Assembly: GCA_963664325.2 (NCBI GenBank)
Contig: CAXXDQ010000008.1
Location: 288,391-352,390, forward strand
Length of the DNA stretch: 64,000 bases
Reading direction: 5' to 3'
DNA from: Desulfomonilia bacterium
GTDB lineage: Bacteria; Desulfobacterota; Desulfomonilia; UBA1062
In this document: positions 1 to 9,852 of the stretch, piece by piece
Position numbering within the stretch: the first letter of the stretch is position 1
Layout: the number at the start of each line of letters is the position of its first letter
Program-made: the position numbers and the translations under genes
Notes under the pieces: model-generated
Told to the model about the DNA's origin: nothing
The model's database searches: none
Seen by the model: the letters and a program-made list of their open reading frames with translations, nothing else

Positions 1-419
1 TGGACCGGGAAGGTGACCTTGGCACCAGGCAAGGTCCTTATAACGTAGCCGTTATGAAGGTCAGTATATGCCAGCGCGGTATACTTGTCCTGATCGGCTG
101 ATACCAGCTTCCAGTAATATTCCTTGATCCATTCCAGCTTGAGGGCTTCCTTGATGGGAATTACTTCAAGCCCGTCCATCATGGATTGTGCATAGACCGC
201 TGATGTATCCTTCTGGACGTACGATCCCGAACGGTCGACCTCGCTGGCATCGACGCCGGCCTTTAACATTATTTCCTTGTCTTCTGAAGGCAACTCTTCA
301 AGCTTTTCAATTGGAAGATGGCATTCGCCCTCGATGCAGTATTCATCAAGCACAATATCAGGACCGAAAGCGGCTTTTTTGTCTTTTGCCAGATCTATTT
401 TATCTTCTATCTCATGCAT
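1..419 (-). CDS. sufB: SufB/SufD-family Fe-S scaffold protein (SmsB-like), 5' part; runs off the window
   Basis: Not in ORF track. Manual translation from ATG at 419: MHEIEDKIDLAKDKKAAFGPDIVLDEY...LKAGVD...SGSYVQKD...GLEVIPIKEALK...YYWKLVSADQDKYT...HNGYVIR..PGAKVTFPV. Overlaps the sufC stop codon. Confidence 0.85.
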   Translation of the reverse strand, partial: MHEIEDKIDLAKDKKAAFGPDIVLDEYCIEGECHLPIEKLEELPSEDKEIMLKAGVDASEVDRSGSYVQKDTSAVYAQSMMDGLEVIPIKEALKLEWIKEYYWKLVSADQDKYTALAYTDLHNGYVIRTLPGAKVTFPV

Positions 420-1165
420 TTTATACACTCCTGATAACCGGCCTTGCTTATTGTCTGGAATATTTCCTGCGGGTTTCCCCTGCATGCCATGACACCGTTG
501 AACAGCACCTGGCCTCTGTCGGCAGGGACGTAATTCAGAATATACCCGGTATGTGTGATTATGAGTCCCATCCTGCTGCGGTGCCTGTGGGAATGCTTTT
601 GTGAAAGTTCGGTGTGGGCCTGGAAACTGCGCTGCAAAAGAGAGCCTATTGTATTGCCGATCAGGGCGATGTTTTCCAGGTCGACCCCTGATTCCGGTTC
701 GTCGAAGAGCATAAGATCCGGCTGCTGTGCCATCAACTGCAGCAGTTCCGAACGTTTTATTTCACCGCCGGAAAATCCCGCATTTATGTCCCTGTCCAGA
801 AAGTCCGTGAAATTCACCTGTGCCGCGAGTCCGTCAACATCGGTCTCTCTGCCCTGTCCGCAGATCTCCACCATCTTTCTGGTTTTCAGGCCGTTAATTG
901 TAGGAGGCCTCTGATATGACATGCCGATACCGAGCTTGGCCCGTTCATGAACAGGCATATTGGTAATATCAGATCCTTTGAAGAATATTCTGCCTGACGT
1001 GATTTTGTATTGGGGATAACCCATTATTGTCATTAAAAGCGATGTTTTGCCCGAGCCGTTTGGGCCGAAAAGGATATAGACCTCTCCGGAATGGATTTCC
1101 ATATCCACGCCCTTGAGGATTTCCTTATCGCCCAGAGATACATGCAGGCCTTCAATCTTGAGCAT
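407..1165 (-). CDS. sufC: Fe-S assembly ABC-type ATPase SufC (SmsC-like)
   Basis: Walker A GPNGSGKT, signature GFSGGEIKRSE, Walker B LFDEPESGVD, IITH, C-terminal GYQECIKC (CxxC); coupled to a sufB-like gene. Confidence 0.92.
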   Translation of the reverse strand: MLKIEGLHVSLGDKEILKGVDMEIHSGEVYILFGPNGSGKTSLLMTIMGYPQYKITSGRIFFKGSDITNMPVHERAKLGIGMSYQRPPTINGLKTRKMVEICGQGRETDVDGLAAQVNFTDFLDRDINAGFSGGEIKRSELLQLMAQQPDLMLFDEPESGVDLENIALIGNTIGSLLQRSFQAHTELSQKHSHRHRSRMGLIITHTGYILNYVPADRGQVLFNGVMACRGNPQEIFQTISKAGYQECIKCMR

Positions 1166-1348
1166 TGTTATCTCCTTATTATAAGTTGATGTATTCTTCT
1201 ATGTCATTATTTTTTAAAACCGAAAGGTTCCATTAAGCGCCTTTTATATTCGAAAAATGAAGTGTATCCTTAACATCCTCCATTCATACTGTCTCAGATA
1301 AAGCCGTCCTAATTATATGACGACAGTATGGCCTGTAATTATACTTGT

Positions 1349-1780
1349 CTATGTTGCTATCCAGGCCCCGAAATAGGATAGGATGATGCCTATGACAAGC
1401 CCTACTGTTCCGATCTGCACACGGCGGTCATTCTGCGAAAGCATGTCCAGTATTCCCATGAATTTGCTTCCGCTGGACGCAGGGCTCATCATCTGTAGAG
1501 TCATCTTTATTGTCGCAATTATTGAATTTGCCGCCTTGTCTCGGATAACGAGTATTATGATGCTGGCTATTATAAGAATATATGCATTCAACATTATAAA
1601 GGTTCCAAAGATGAAACCTGAAAGCCCTACCTTTGCCTGGACATGTCCCGCAGGGATTTCAAGCTGAATCGGTATGTCGAGGGCACCGTCGTGATCTTCA
1701 TGCACGCCTTTGTCACACGCGATAAATGACAGGCTCAAACATATCAACAGGGTATAAAGCAGTGTCTTAAAACTCCTCAC
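1349..1780 (-). CDS. Hypothetical lipoprotein/membrane protein
   Basis: GTG start after GGAGG; signal-like N-terminus ending FIAC, then HEDHD and two hydrophobic segments. Confidence 0.6.
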   Translation of the reverse strand: MRSFKTLLYTLLICLSLSFIACDKGVHEDHDGALDIPIQLEIPAGHVQAKVGLSGFIFGTFIMLNAYILIIASIIILVIRDKAANSIIATIKMTLQMMSPASSGSKFMGILDMLSQNDRRVQIGTVGLVIGIILSYFGAWIAT

Positions 1781-1900
1781 GAACTGCCTCCTAAAAGGTA
1801 TTTCAAAAGATATATGCGTGAAATATCGATAATGTCAACCTGCATTAGGCATGATTACCCGATTGACTTACTACGGCATTTGTTGCATCCAAAAAGAATC

Positions 1901-2515
1901 ATGATTGCAATAGTTGATTATAAAGCGGGAAACCTCAGGTCGGTTGAAAGGGCGCTCAGGCATATCGGGGCGGACTGTATTATTACAGCCCATCCCCATG
2001 CCATACTGAATGCTGAAAGGGTGATTTTCCCCGGTGTCGGTGCCGCCGGAAAGGCGATGGAAGCAATCATGAACACTGGCTTGGACAGGGTTTTATGTGA
2101 GGTTGTAGGACACGGCAATCCCTTCCTTGGAATATGTCTCGGCACACAGGTAATACTTGAAGAAAGCGAGGAGGACGGCGGAATAAAGTGCCTCGGCATA
2201 ATACCAGGAAAAACCAGGCGGTTCCCTGAAATGGGCTTGAAAATACCGCACATGGGGTGGAACAACATATCCATTAAAAACGATCACCCTTTGCTTGATG
2301 GTGTAGAGAGGGACGCCCAGTTCTATTTTGTCCACTCATACTTTCCTGACCCGGCGGATAAATCCGATATAGTTGCCGAAACCGGCTACGGGATTGACTT
2401 CGCTTCAATAATGGCAAGGAGAAATGTATTTGCAACCCAATTCCACCCTGAAAAAAGCGGGGTTGCCGGGCTCAGGATTCTTAAAAATTTCAGCCGCTGG
2501 AACGGAAGGTGTTAA
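1901..2515 (+). CDS. hisH: Imidazole glycerol phosphate synthase glutamine amidotransferase subunit
   Basis: MIAIVDYKAGNLRSV, FPGVGA, LGICLG, PHMGWN, YFVHSY, QFHPEKS; start moved to ATG 1901. Confidence 0.95.
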   Translation: MIAIVDYKAGNLRSVERALRHIGADCIITAHPHAILNAERVIFPGVGAAGKAMEAIMNTGLDRVLCEVVGHGNPFLGICLGTQVILEESEEDGGIKCLGIIPGKTRRFPEMGLKIPHMGWNNISIKNDHPLLDGVERDAQFYFVHSYFPDPADKSDIVAETGYGIDFASIMARRNVFATQFHPEKSGVAGLRILKNFSRWNGRC

Positions 2516-3162
2516 GCCTCTTCCTTCCAGCCGTTTTCACCTATCAGCTTGACGAATCTGCATCCGCCCAAGCTTTCGGTCTTTACCCCGTTTTTCTTTT
2601 TCGTTATGCGTTTTAAATCCTGAAGATACTGATCTCCGACAGGAATGACCAGCATGCCTTCAGGGGCAAGCTGCTCAATGAGCGCTTCAGGTGTTAAAGG
2701 TGCCCCTGCAGTAACGATTATCCTGTCAAAAGGGGCTTCTTTTGCATAACCCTTTGTACCGTCACCCACGACAATCTGGACATTGAATATGCCGAGTTCA
2801 TCGAGTATTTTTCTCGCCTTTGATGCAAGAGGAGCAAGGCGTTCAATTGAATAAACAAAGTTGGCAAGCCTTGAAAGGATTGCAGTCTGATAACCTGAAC
2901 CGGTGCCTATTTCCAGAACCCTGCTTTCAGGCTGGAGCTTCAAGGCCTCGGTCATAATGGCCACCATGTATGGCTGCGATATGGTCTGGCCAAGGCCGAT
3001 GCTCAAGGGGTAGTCATCATAGGCCTTATACTTGAGGTAGTCTTCCACGAACCTGTGTCTTGGGATATCTGTAAAAGCCTTTAATATTTTTTCATCCTTA
3101 ATGCCGCGTGCCATTATCTGGTCGCGCACCATGGTCTGTCTGGCAAGAAGAGGGTCCATCAT
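2512..3162 (-). CDS. pcm: Protein-L-isoaspartate O-methyltransferase
   Basis: GQTISQPYMVA, VLEIGTGSGYQ, APFDRIIVTAG, RFVKL. Confidence 0.95.
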   Translation of the reverse strand: MMDPLLARQTMVRDQIMARGIKDEKILKAFTDIPRHRFVEDYLKYKAYDDYPLSIGLGQTISQPYMVAIMTEALKLQPESRVLEIGTGSGYQTAILSRLANFVYSIERLAPLASKARKILDELGIFNVQIVVGDGTKGYAKEAPFDRIIVTAGAPLTPEALIEQLAPEGMLVIPVGDQYLQDLKRITKKKNGVKTESLGGCRFVKLIGENGWKEEA

Positions 3163-3434
3163 TTATCAGTTCCTAGTATTGGAGTCATTTGTTTTATGGA
3201 TTATACATAGGCAAACCAATGTTTACAAGGTTATGAAAATATTGCTTTTCGAATCCTGTTGATGAACAATGTCCGAAAGCGCTAAGTATATCACCTAAGG
3301 CAGTGCCTATCTCCGTGATACAGACTGTTTTTATATATAATATCGGAATTTCATTTTCCATTCTTACGTCCATACAACTCAAAATTGTAGTTCATATGCT
3401 TGACCCTTATAGGTGCATATAGTAGTTATCAGTT

Positions 3435-4445
3435 ATGGACTTTGTCTGCATTTCAAAGCTCTCACGCTATCTTGATCCGATGAACGGATTTGCACCTGTG
3501 GATGCCTGTTCCGAAATCAGGTATGATCCGCTTACCGGCCATTCAACAAGGATTCTCAATTTTCCTGTCAGGCAGGTAGAAAAGCCGGACCTGACCGAAT
3601 TAATCGAGAAATCAAAGGCCATATGCCCGTTTTGCCCTGAACTGGTCGAACTGGTTACACCGAAGTTTCATCCGGATCTGATAAGCACCGAGAGGTTTAT
3701 CAGAGGAGGCGCTATCTGCTTTCCGAATGCATTTCCAAATGATGAGAATGCCGCTGTCACGGTAATGTCCAAATCGCATTATGTGCCGCTCTCAGGGTTT
3801 GATGATGCCATCCTGGCTGACTCAATAAACTGCTGCATCGATTACCTCGAAGAGATTTCATCAAGGCAGCCGTCAGCGGTTTATCAATCAATAAACTGGA
3901 ACTATATGCCCCTGGCGGGCGGTTCGATCATCCACCCCCATCTGCAGATATCTGCATCATCAACACCGACAAATTATTACAGTTCGATCGAGCCTGCTCT
4001 ATCTGCCTATCCGGAAGGAAACGGGAATCTGTTCTGGCATGCGCTTGTCGAGAAAGAAAAGAAACAGGCCCAGAGATTTATTACAGAGGGTGAAAATATA
4101 TCATGGATTGTTGCTTTTGCCCCTCTGGGGATATTCGACATAATCGGAATTATAAGGAATTGCACCAGAGCTTCGGATTTGGCAGGGAATGTCCTCTCGG
4201 AAATGATTTCCGGAATTCTGAGGGTGCTCGCTTATATAGATTCGCTTAATATGTACAGCCTGAACATGTCGCTTTACTTCAGGCTGGATAGTAGCATATT
4301 CACACCGCATATAAGGATATGTCCCAGGGTGAGTATTCCGCCGTTCGGCACAAGTCAGATAAACTACATGCGCATGCTGCACAACGAGCCCATGACGACA
4401 GTAAGGCCAGAGTCCGTCTGTGAGGCCATAAAATCGATCTGGTAA
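3435..4445 (+). CDS. Galactose-1-phosphate uridylyltransferase-like (HIT superfamily) protein
   Basis: EIRYDPLTG, CPFCP, FPNAFP, NWNY...AGGSIIHPHLQ (GalT-type HxHxQ). Confidence 0.8.
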   Translation: MDFVCISKLSRYLDPMNGFAPVDACSEIRYDPLTGHSTRILNFPVRQVEKPDLTELIEKSKAICPFCPELVELVTPKFHPDLISTERFIRGGAICFPNAFPNDENAAVTVMSKSHYVPLSGFDDAILADSINCCIDYLEEISSRQPSAVYQSINWNYMPLAGGSIIHPHLQISASSTPTNYYSSIEPALSAYPEGNGNLFWHALVEKEKKQAQRFITEGENISWIVAFAPLGIFDIIGIIRNCTRASDLAGNVLSEMISGILRVLAYIDSLNMYSLNMSLYFRLDSSIFTPHIRICPRVSIPPFGTSQINYMRMLHNEPMTTVRPESVCEAIKSIW

Positions 4446-4474
4446 ACAGCAAGTAATAACAAAACCGGAGGTGT

Positions 4475-5260
4475 ATGATGAGGAGACTGATATTTTTTGT
4501 TTTTGTATTTCTGGTCTTTTGCCCGGCAGAATCTTTTGCGGCAATGCCTGAATTTGTGTGGGCCGGCGGCGGACTTATGATATCCGATCAATCGAGTCCG
4601 GGATATATGGCCGACACCATGATTTCATTCGGATCATATAATTCCATTGTTTTCTTTGCCGACCCGATGCTTACTCTGAGGCATGAAAAGCTTGGCATAA
4701 GCCTGGGCGGGGGAGGGCGCTTTTCGATGTTTTCCGGTGAGATCATAGGCGGCCTTAATGGGTATTTTGATTATAACAACGATCATAACCATAGACGTTT
4801 TGGTGTCGGTGCAGAGGCGTTTCATAAATATGGTTCGGCTTATTTCAATGTTTATCTTCCTACATCCGGTTTAAATGACGGCCAGGAGGCTTTGCCCGGG
4901 TTTGACCTTAACGTTTGCATCCCGATACCGGACTATGCATTTATTACAATCTGGCCCGGGTTATATTATTACAGCGGCAAGCACGAAGACAATCTCACGG
5001 GAGGAAGCATAAAGGTCAAAGTCCAACCCATAAAGCCTCTTGAAGCCTACCTTGGTTTTAGAAGCGACGCCCCTGAATCCGGAAGAAAAACCGGAGAAGT
5101 GTTTGCTGGTATCGATATAACGATACCGATAAGCGGGTTTGATATTGACAAACTTGTAAAGTTTTACAATCCCAAATACCCGCTTGAGATCAATTCACAA
5201 ATGGATTCGAGGGTGGTCCGGGAACGGTTCATTTCCTATGAAAACTATGATGGGGAATAG
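4475..5260 (+). CDS. Inverse autotransporter (intimin/invasin) beta-barrel domain protein with no passenger
   Basis: Signal peptide (..AESFA); GLNGYFDY, HRRFGVGAEAF, YFNVYLP, GFDL; C-terminal RVVRERFISYE resembling the IAT linker. Confidence 0.7.
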   Translation: MMRRLIFFVFVFLVFCPAESFAAMPEFVWAGGGLMISDQSSPGYMADTMISFGSYNSIVFFADPMLTLRHEKLGISLGGGGRFSMFSGEIIGGLNGYFDYNNDHNHRRFGVGAEAFHKYGSAYFNVYLPTSGLNDGQEALPGFDLNVCIPIPDYAFITIWPGLYYYSGKHEDNLTGGSIKVKVQPIKPLEAYLGFRSDAPESGRKTGEVFAGIDITIPISGFDIDKLVKFYNPKYPLEINSQMDSRVVRERFISYENYDGE

Positions 5261-5312
5261 GGCTGTTAGCGCTTGACTAAATGAAAGTTTGTCTCTAATA
5301 AGGGGATGCATT

Positions 5313-5389
5313 CGGGAAGTGGCTCAGCCTGGTAGAGCACAGCGTTCGGGACGCTGGGGTCCGGGGTTCAAATCCCCGCTTCCCGACCA
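5313..5389 (+). tRNA. tRNA-Pro(CGG)
   Basis: CGGGAAG/CTTCCCG acceptor stem, anticodon arm CAGCG-TT-CGG-GA-CGCTG, GTTCAAATC T-loop, encoded CCA. Confidence 0.97.
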
Positions 5390-5654
5390 TAATAAAACAT
5401 CTGTTTATACTATTCTAAAGCTTATCAATCTTTCAACGCAGCTTCCCTGGGTTTTGAGAATGGAATAATATTTATTTCCTAAATTACCTGTTTTTAACAA
5501 TCTCAGCACTGGCATATGACCTTTGATTATCCAGGCCTGCCTTATAAGCCGACAGCGCCGGTTAACCGTGAATAATTAAATGTAGATATTTAAGAATTAT
5601 TGATACATATCAATATTATATGAATCTCCCCTGTTTTTCCGAAGGACTCCGCTG

Positions 5655-5683
5655 TTGACATAAGATGTTTATCGATATAAAGT
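5655..5683 (+). promoter_or_regulatory. Sigma70-type promoter
   Basis: Perfect TTGACA (5655-5660), 17-nt spacer, TAAAGT (5678-5683). Confidence 0.6.
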
Positions 5684-5689
5684 CATATC

Positions 5690-5767
5690 AAGCTATAGCA
5701 CAATCTATGGGCTATAGACCTCCTTTTAAAGCCCGCTGCCTACCAAATTACAGCGGGTTATTTTTTT
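5690..5767 (+). ncRNA. Candidate ~80-nt small RNA or attenuated leader upstream of iolB
   Basis: Lies between the promoter and an intrinsic terminator; 5' hairpin CTATAGC/GCTATAG followed by unpaired ACCTCCTT; no ORF. Confidence 0.4.
5730..5767 (+). terminator. Rho-independent terminator
   Basis: AGCCCGCTG...CAGCGGGTT stem followed by ATTTTTTT. Confidence 0.7.
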
Positions 5768-5909
5768 GCCGCATTCATGTATCAATTTCTTGAAAAAATC
5801 ATGAATGGATACAGCATATTTTTCCTGCAGGTTAAAAAACAATAATTGTCGTTGATACTGCTTACAAATTCATTATTATCCTGTAATAATTTCATAACAG
5901 GAGGAATTA

Positions 5910-6704
5910 ATGATTATCAGGCAAGGCCCCGGATTCAAGAAAGGATACAACGAGATAACGGTGGCGGGCCGTATGCATCCCGAGATGCTTATGGACTTCG
6001 GGATACTCAAGTTGGAGAAGGGCGATAGTTTCAGTGATGATTCGAAATTTGAAAAATCATACCTGCTGATATCAGGTGAGATCAAAATTATATGGGAGAA
6101 TAAAAGCAGTGTAGTCAAACGTAAAAACTGCTTTGATGAAAATCCGTGGTGCCTTCATGCAGGCAAAGAAACGACGGTTGAGATTGAAGGACTCAGTAAA
6201 TCAGAAGTTGCTGTTGTGCGTACGGAAAATGAAACAAATTTTGAGCCCAAACTCTATAAACCTTCCGAATGCAATGTCGAGGAAAGAGGCAAGGGCACGA
6301 TGAAAGAAGCCTCGACAAGGCTTGTAAAAACCATCTTCGACAATTCGAATGCCCCTTATTCAAACCTTGTGCTGGGCGAAGTGATAGGTTTTCCGGGCAA
6401 ATGGTCCAGCTACCCACCTCATCATCACCCTCAGCCCGAAATATATTTTTACAAGTTCTTTCCTGAAAACGGGTTCGGTTTTTCAGAGCTTGGGGATGAT
6501 GCTTTCAAACTCAGACAGAATGACACCATCCTGATAACCGAAGGTTTGACTCATTCACAGGTTACATCACCGGGTCATGCCCTATATTACCTTTGGGTGA
6601 TAAGACATCTTGAGAACAACAGATATACAGCGCCCGTATTTATTGATGAGTATAAATGGCTGATGGACGCTAAATCCATTATCTGGCCCGACAGTAAAGC
6701 CTAG
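5910..6704 (+). CDS. iolB: 5-deoxy-glucuronate isomerase IolB
   Basis: EERGKG, LVLGEV, WSSYPPHHH, PEIYFYKF, HSQV; AGGAGG RBS; iol context. Confidence 0.9.
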   Translation: MIIRQGPGFKKGYNEITVAGRMHPEMLMDFGILKLEKGDSFSDDSKFEKSYLLISGEIKIIWENKSSVVKRKNCFDENPWCLHAGKETTVEIEGLSKSEVAVVRTENETNFEPKLYKPSECNVEERGKGTMKEASTRLVKTIFDNSNAPYSNLVLGEVIGFPGKWSSYPPHHHPQPEIYFYKFFPENGFGFSELGDDAFKLRQNDTILITEGLTHSQVTSPGHALYYLWVIRHLENNRYTAPVFIDEYKWLMDAKSIIWPDSKA

Positions 6705-6720
6705 ATGAAAGGAGTGCAGT

Positions 6721-8655
6721 GTGAAATCGGAGAGAATGACTGTTGCACAGGCCCTGGTGATGTTCCTCAATAATCAGTATGTCAGTTACGATGGAAGAGT
6801 AGACAAATTCGTCAAAGGCGTGTTCAACATATTCGGCCATGGCAATGTACTTGGTCTGGGGCAGGCGCTTGAACAGGATGCCGGAGGCCTGCTCATAATT
6901 CAGGGCAAAAACGAACAGGCAATGACGCATGCCGCTGTCGCTTTTGCCAAGCAGAAGAAGAGGAGGCAGATTTTCGCATGCACGTCTTCTGTCGGCCCGG
7001 GTGCGGCAAACATGCTGACCGCGGCGGCTACTGCAACGGCCAATCGTATACCCGTGCTCCTGCTGCCAGGAGATACATTTGCGTCCCGTCAGCCCGACCC
7101 CGTATTGCAGCAGGTGGAAAGTTTCAATGACGTTTCGATCAGCACGAATGATGCGTTCAAGGCCGTCTCAAGGTATTGGGACAGGGTTAACAGGCCTGAG
7201 CAGCTCATGGCTGCCATGATAAACGCCATGAGGGTTTTGACCGATCCCGAGAACACCGGTGCAGTAACAATTGCGCTGCCGCAGGATGTTCAGGCTGAGG
7301 TTTATGACTACCCGGATTATTTTTTTAAAAAGCGCATACATGAAATTGAAAGGAGAGTGCCTTCATCTGAGGCTGTAAAGTCCGCTGTTAAGCTGATTTC
7401 AGGCAAGAAAAAACCGTTTCTCATATTCGGGGGAGGGGCGAAATATTCAGATGCGGCGATTGCCTTTTTAAAGCTTGCCGAGGAATTCAATATCCCCTGG
7501 GGTGAAACGCAGGCTGGAAAAGGCATGCTCATGTCATCTCACCCGCTCAATCTTGGCGGGATTGGCGTAACTGGAACACTGGCCGCTAATGTAATTGCGA
7601 AAGAAGCCGACCTGATAATCGGGGTAGGCACCAGATATACTGATTTCACGACGGCCTCGAAGTCGCTTTTCGAAAACAGAGAGGTCGATTTTATCAATAT
7701 CAATGTATGCAATTTCGATGCGTATAAGCTTGATGCCGTAAGGGTTGTTGCCGATGCAAGACTGGCCCTGGATATCCTGTATAAAGAGCTCAAGGCCATA
7801 AAATATGTTTCAAAATATAAGAATGAAATTATCCGGGCAAAAAAAGAATGGCAGGCGGAGCTGGCAAGGCTCAGGGGTATCAAGTTCGATAAAGGGCTCA
7901 GACCCGAGGTCTGCGGTCATATGGATGGAATAATCGGGGAATTCAATAAAAGCACGGGTTCCATGCTTACGCAGACACGGGCTATCGGTATAATAAATGA
8001 AATGCTGAGTGGGAATGATGTTATTATCGGCGCCTCCGGAAGCCTTCCCGGCGACCTCCAGAGGATGTGGGATGTGAAAGGTGAAAACACCTATCACATG
8101 GAATACGGATATTCCTGCATGGGGTATGAGGTTAACGGCGGGCTAGGCGTAAGGATCGCCGAAGAAGACAAAAAGGAAGTCTTCGTATTCGCAGGTGATG
8201 GATCATACCTGATGCTTCATTCCGAACTGCTGACATCCATCCAGGAAAACAGGAAAATCAACGTGCTGCTTTTCGATAATGCCGGTTTCGGATGCATCAA
8301 CAACCTTCAGATGGGGCATGGCATGGACAGCTTTTATACTGAATTCAGAAAACGGGACTTTAAGTCTGGCAAGGCCTGCGGTGAACTGATAAAAGTCGAC
8401 TATGCAAAAAATGCGGCGAGTTACGGCTGCAAAACATTTACAGCTCTGAACGAAAAGGACCTTGTCAGGGCGTTGGAGGATGCAAGAAAGTCGAAGGTAT
8501 CAACTCTTATCGATATTAAAGTAATGCCCAAGACCATGACAAAAGGCTATGAAAGCTGGTGGAATGTGGGTCTTGCACAGACTGCAAGGAAGAAAAAAAT
8601 TGTTGAAAAGGGCCGGGAGATCATTGAGACCCGAAAAAGGATAAGGAAATATTGA
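6721..8655 (+). CDS. iolD: 3D-(3,5/4)-trihydroxycyclohexane-1,2-dione acylhydrolase IolD (ThDP-dependent)
   Basis: [52 protein letters not shown]. Confidence 0.96.
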   Translation: MKSERMTVAQALVMFLNNQYVSYDGRVDKFVKGVFNIFGHGNVLGLGQALEQDAGGLLIIQGKNEQAMTHAAVAFAKQKKRRQIFACTSSVGPGAANMLTAAATATANRIPVLLLPGDTFASRQPDPVLQQVESFNDVSISTNDAFKAVSRYWDRVNRPEQLMAAMINAMRVLTDPENTGAVTIALPQDVQAEVYDYPDYFFKKRIHEIERRVPSSEAVKSAVKLISGKKKPFLIFGGGAKYSDAAIAFLKLAEEFNIPWGETQAGKGMLMSSHPLNLGGIGVTGTLAANVIAKEADLIIGVGTRYTDFTTASKSLFENREVDFININVCNFDAYKLDAVRVVADARLALDILYKELKAIKYVSKYKNEIIRAKKEWQAELARLRGIKFDKGLRPEVCGHMDGIIGEFNKSTGSMLTQTRAIGIINEMLSGNDVIIGASGSLPGDLQRMWDVKGENTYHMEYGYSCMGYEVNGGLGVRIAEEDKKEVFVFAGDGSYLMLHSELLTSIQENRKINVLLFDNAGFGCINNLQMGHGMDSFYTEFRKRDFKSGKACGELIKVDYAKNAASYGCKTFTALNEKDLVRALEDARKSKVSTLIDIKVMPKTMTKGYESWWNVGLAQTARKKKIVEKGREIIETRKRIRKY

Positions 8656-8770
8656 TATGTAATAAGGAAATATGAGTAAGTAATAAGAAATAAATGCAAT
8701 AAAAGATCAAAGCATTATGGAAAAATATTTTTTTCTGACTACTGTATCCTCAACACTGACTAATGATTTA
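8641..8770. repeat. Degenerate 7/21-nt periodic intergenic repeat
   Basis: ATAAGGAAATATTGATATGTA / ATAAGGAAATATGAGTAAGTA / ATAAGAAATAAATG... then CTGACTA CTGTATC CTCAACA CTGACTA. Confidence 0.5.
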
Positions 8771-8780
8771 GGGGTTAAGA

Positions 8781-9851
8781 ATGAAAAAATATAAACTGGC
8801 TGCAATTCCCGGTGACGGCATAGGAATTGAGGTTATGAATGAAGGCGTCAAGGTCTTAAAGAGCCTTGAAAAGCGTTTCGGACTTAAATTCGAAATCGAA
8901 AGTTATGGATGGGGCTGTGAATATTATCTGAAACATGGCCGCATGATGGATGATGACGGACTTGAAAGGCTCAGGAAATATGATGCAATCCTGCTGGGCG
9001 CTGTTGGTTTTCCCGGAGTGCCTGACCATATATCGCTGCGTGACCTGCTTTTGAAAATCAGACAGGGATTCAACCAGTATATAAATTACAGGCCGGTCAA
9101 GCTGCTCGATGCCGGGTTCTGCCCTATAAAGAATAAAACACCCCTGGATATCGACATAATTTTCATCCGTGAAAACAGGGAGGGGGAATACTCGGGCGCA
9201 GGCGCTATTCTTAATCAGGGCAAGGAAGATGAGATGGCGCTGCAGACCGGTGTATTTACCAGGAAGAACACCGAAAAGGTGATGCGGTATGCCTTCGATG
9301 TGGCGAAGAAAAGGAAGAAGCAGGGCAAATTGACGAGCATTACTAAATCCAATGCGCTCAATTACAGCATGGTGTTCTGGGACAGGGTCTTTGCTGATGT
9401 CGCCAAAGATTATAAGGATGTTAAGACCAATTCATTTCATGTTGATGCCGCTGCCATGTTCATGGTCCAGAAGCCCGAGATGTTCGATGTAGTAGTGGCG
9501 TCGAACCTTTTCGGAGACATACTGACAGACCTTGGAGCAGCTCTTCAGGGCGGGCTGGGTTTCGCGGCAGGCGCCAACCTTAACCCCGAGGGAGAGTATC
9601 CTTCAATGTTCGAGCCTGTTCACGGCTCGGCCCCTGACATTGCAGGCAAGGGCATGGCGAATCCGATTGCAATGATATGGACAGTGGAACTGATGCTTGA
9701 GCACCTCGGCGAACGTGAGGCCGCCTCGTGCGTCCTTGATGCAATAAGGGAAGTGATAAAGGACAGGAGCAGGCTTACGGCGGATATGGGCGGAAGCGCC
9801 ACCACTGCCGATGTCGGGGATTCTGTCTGCAGGATCATCAGGGAGGGATGA
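8781..9851 (+). CDS. Tartrate/D-malate dehydrogenase (decarboxylating), isocitrate/isopropylmalate dehydrogenase family
   Basis: IPGDGIG, GAVGFPGVPDHISL, RENREGEYS, TKSN...VFWD, SNLFGDILTD, MFEPVHGSAPDIAG; VPDHISL and TKSN are TtuC/DmlA-like. Confidence 0.85.
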   Translation: MKKYKLAAIPGDGIGIEVMNEGVKVLKSLEKRFGLKFEIESYGWGCEYYLKHGRMMDDDGLERLRKYDAILLGAVGFPGVPDHISLRDLLLKIRQGFNQYINYRPVKLLDAGFCPIKNKTPLDIDIIFIRENREGEYSGAGAILNQGKEDEMALQTGVFTRKNTEKVMRYAFDVAKKRKKQGKLTSITKSNALNYSMVFWDRVFADVAKDYKDVKTNSFHVDAAAMFMVQKPEMFDVVVASNLFGDILTDLGAALQGGLGFAAGANLNPEGEYPSMFEPVHGSAPDIAGKGMANPIAMIWTVELMLEHLGEREAASCVLDAIREVIKDRSRLTADMGGSATTADVGDSVCRIIREG

Positions 9852-9852
9852 A

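Noticed and set aside
1901-2515. hisH without adjacent hisF/hisA
   Set aside because: Scattered his genes are common in this group and the protein looks canonical.
8641-8700. Possible CRISPR-like direct repeats
   Set aside because: Units are contiguous, degenerate and spacer-free; no cas genes are present.
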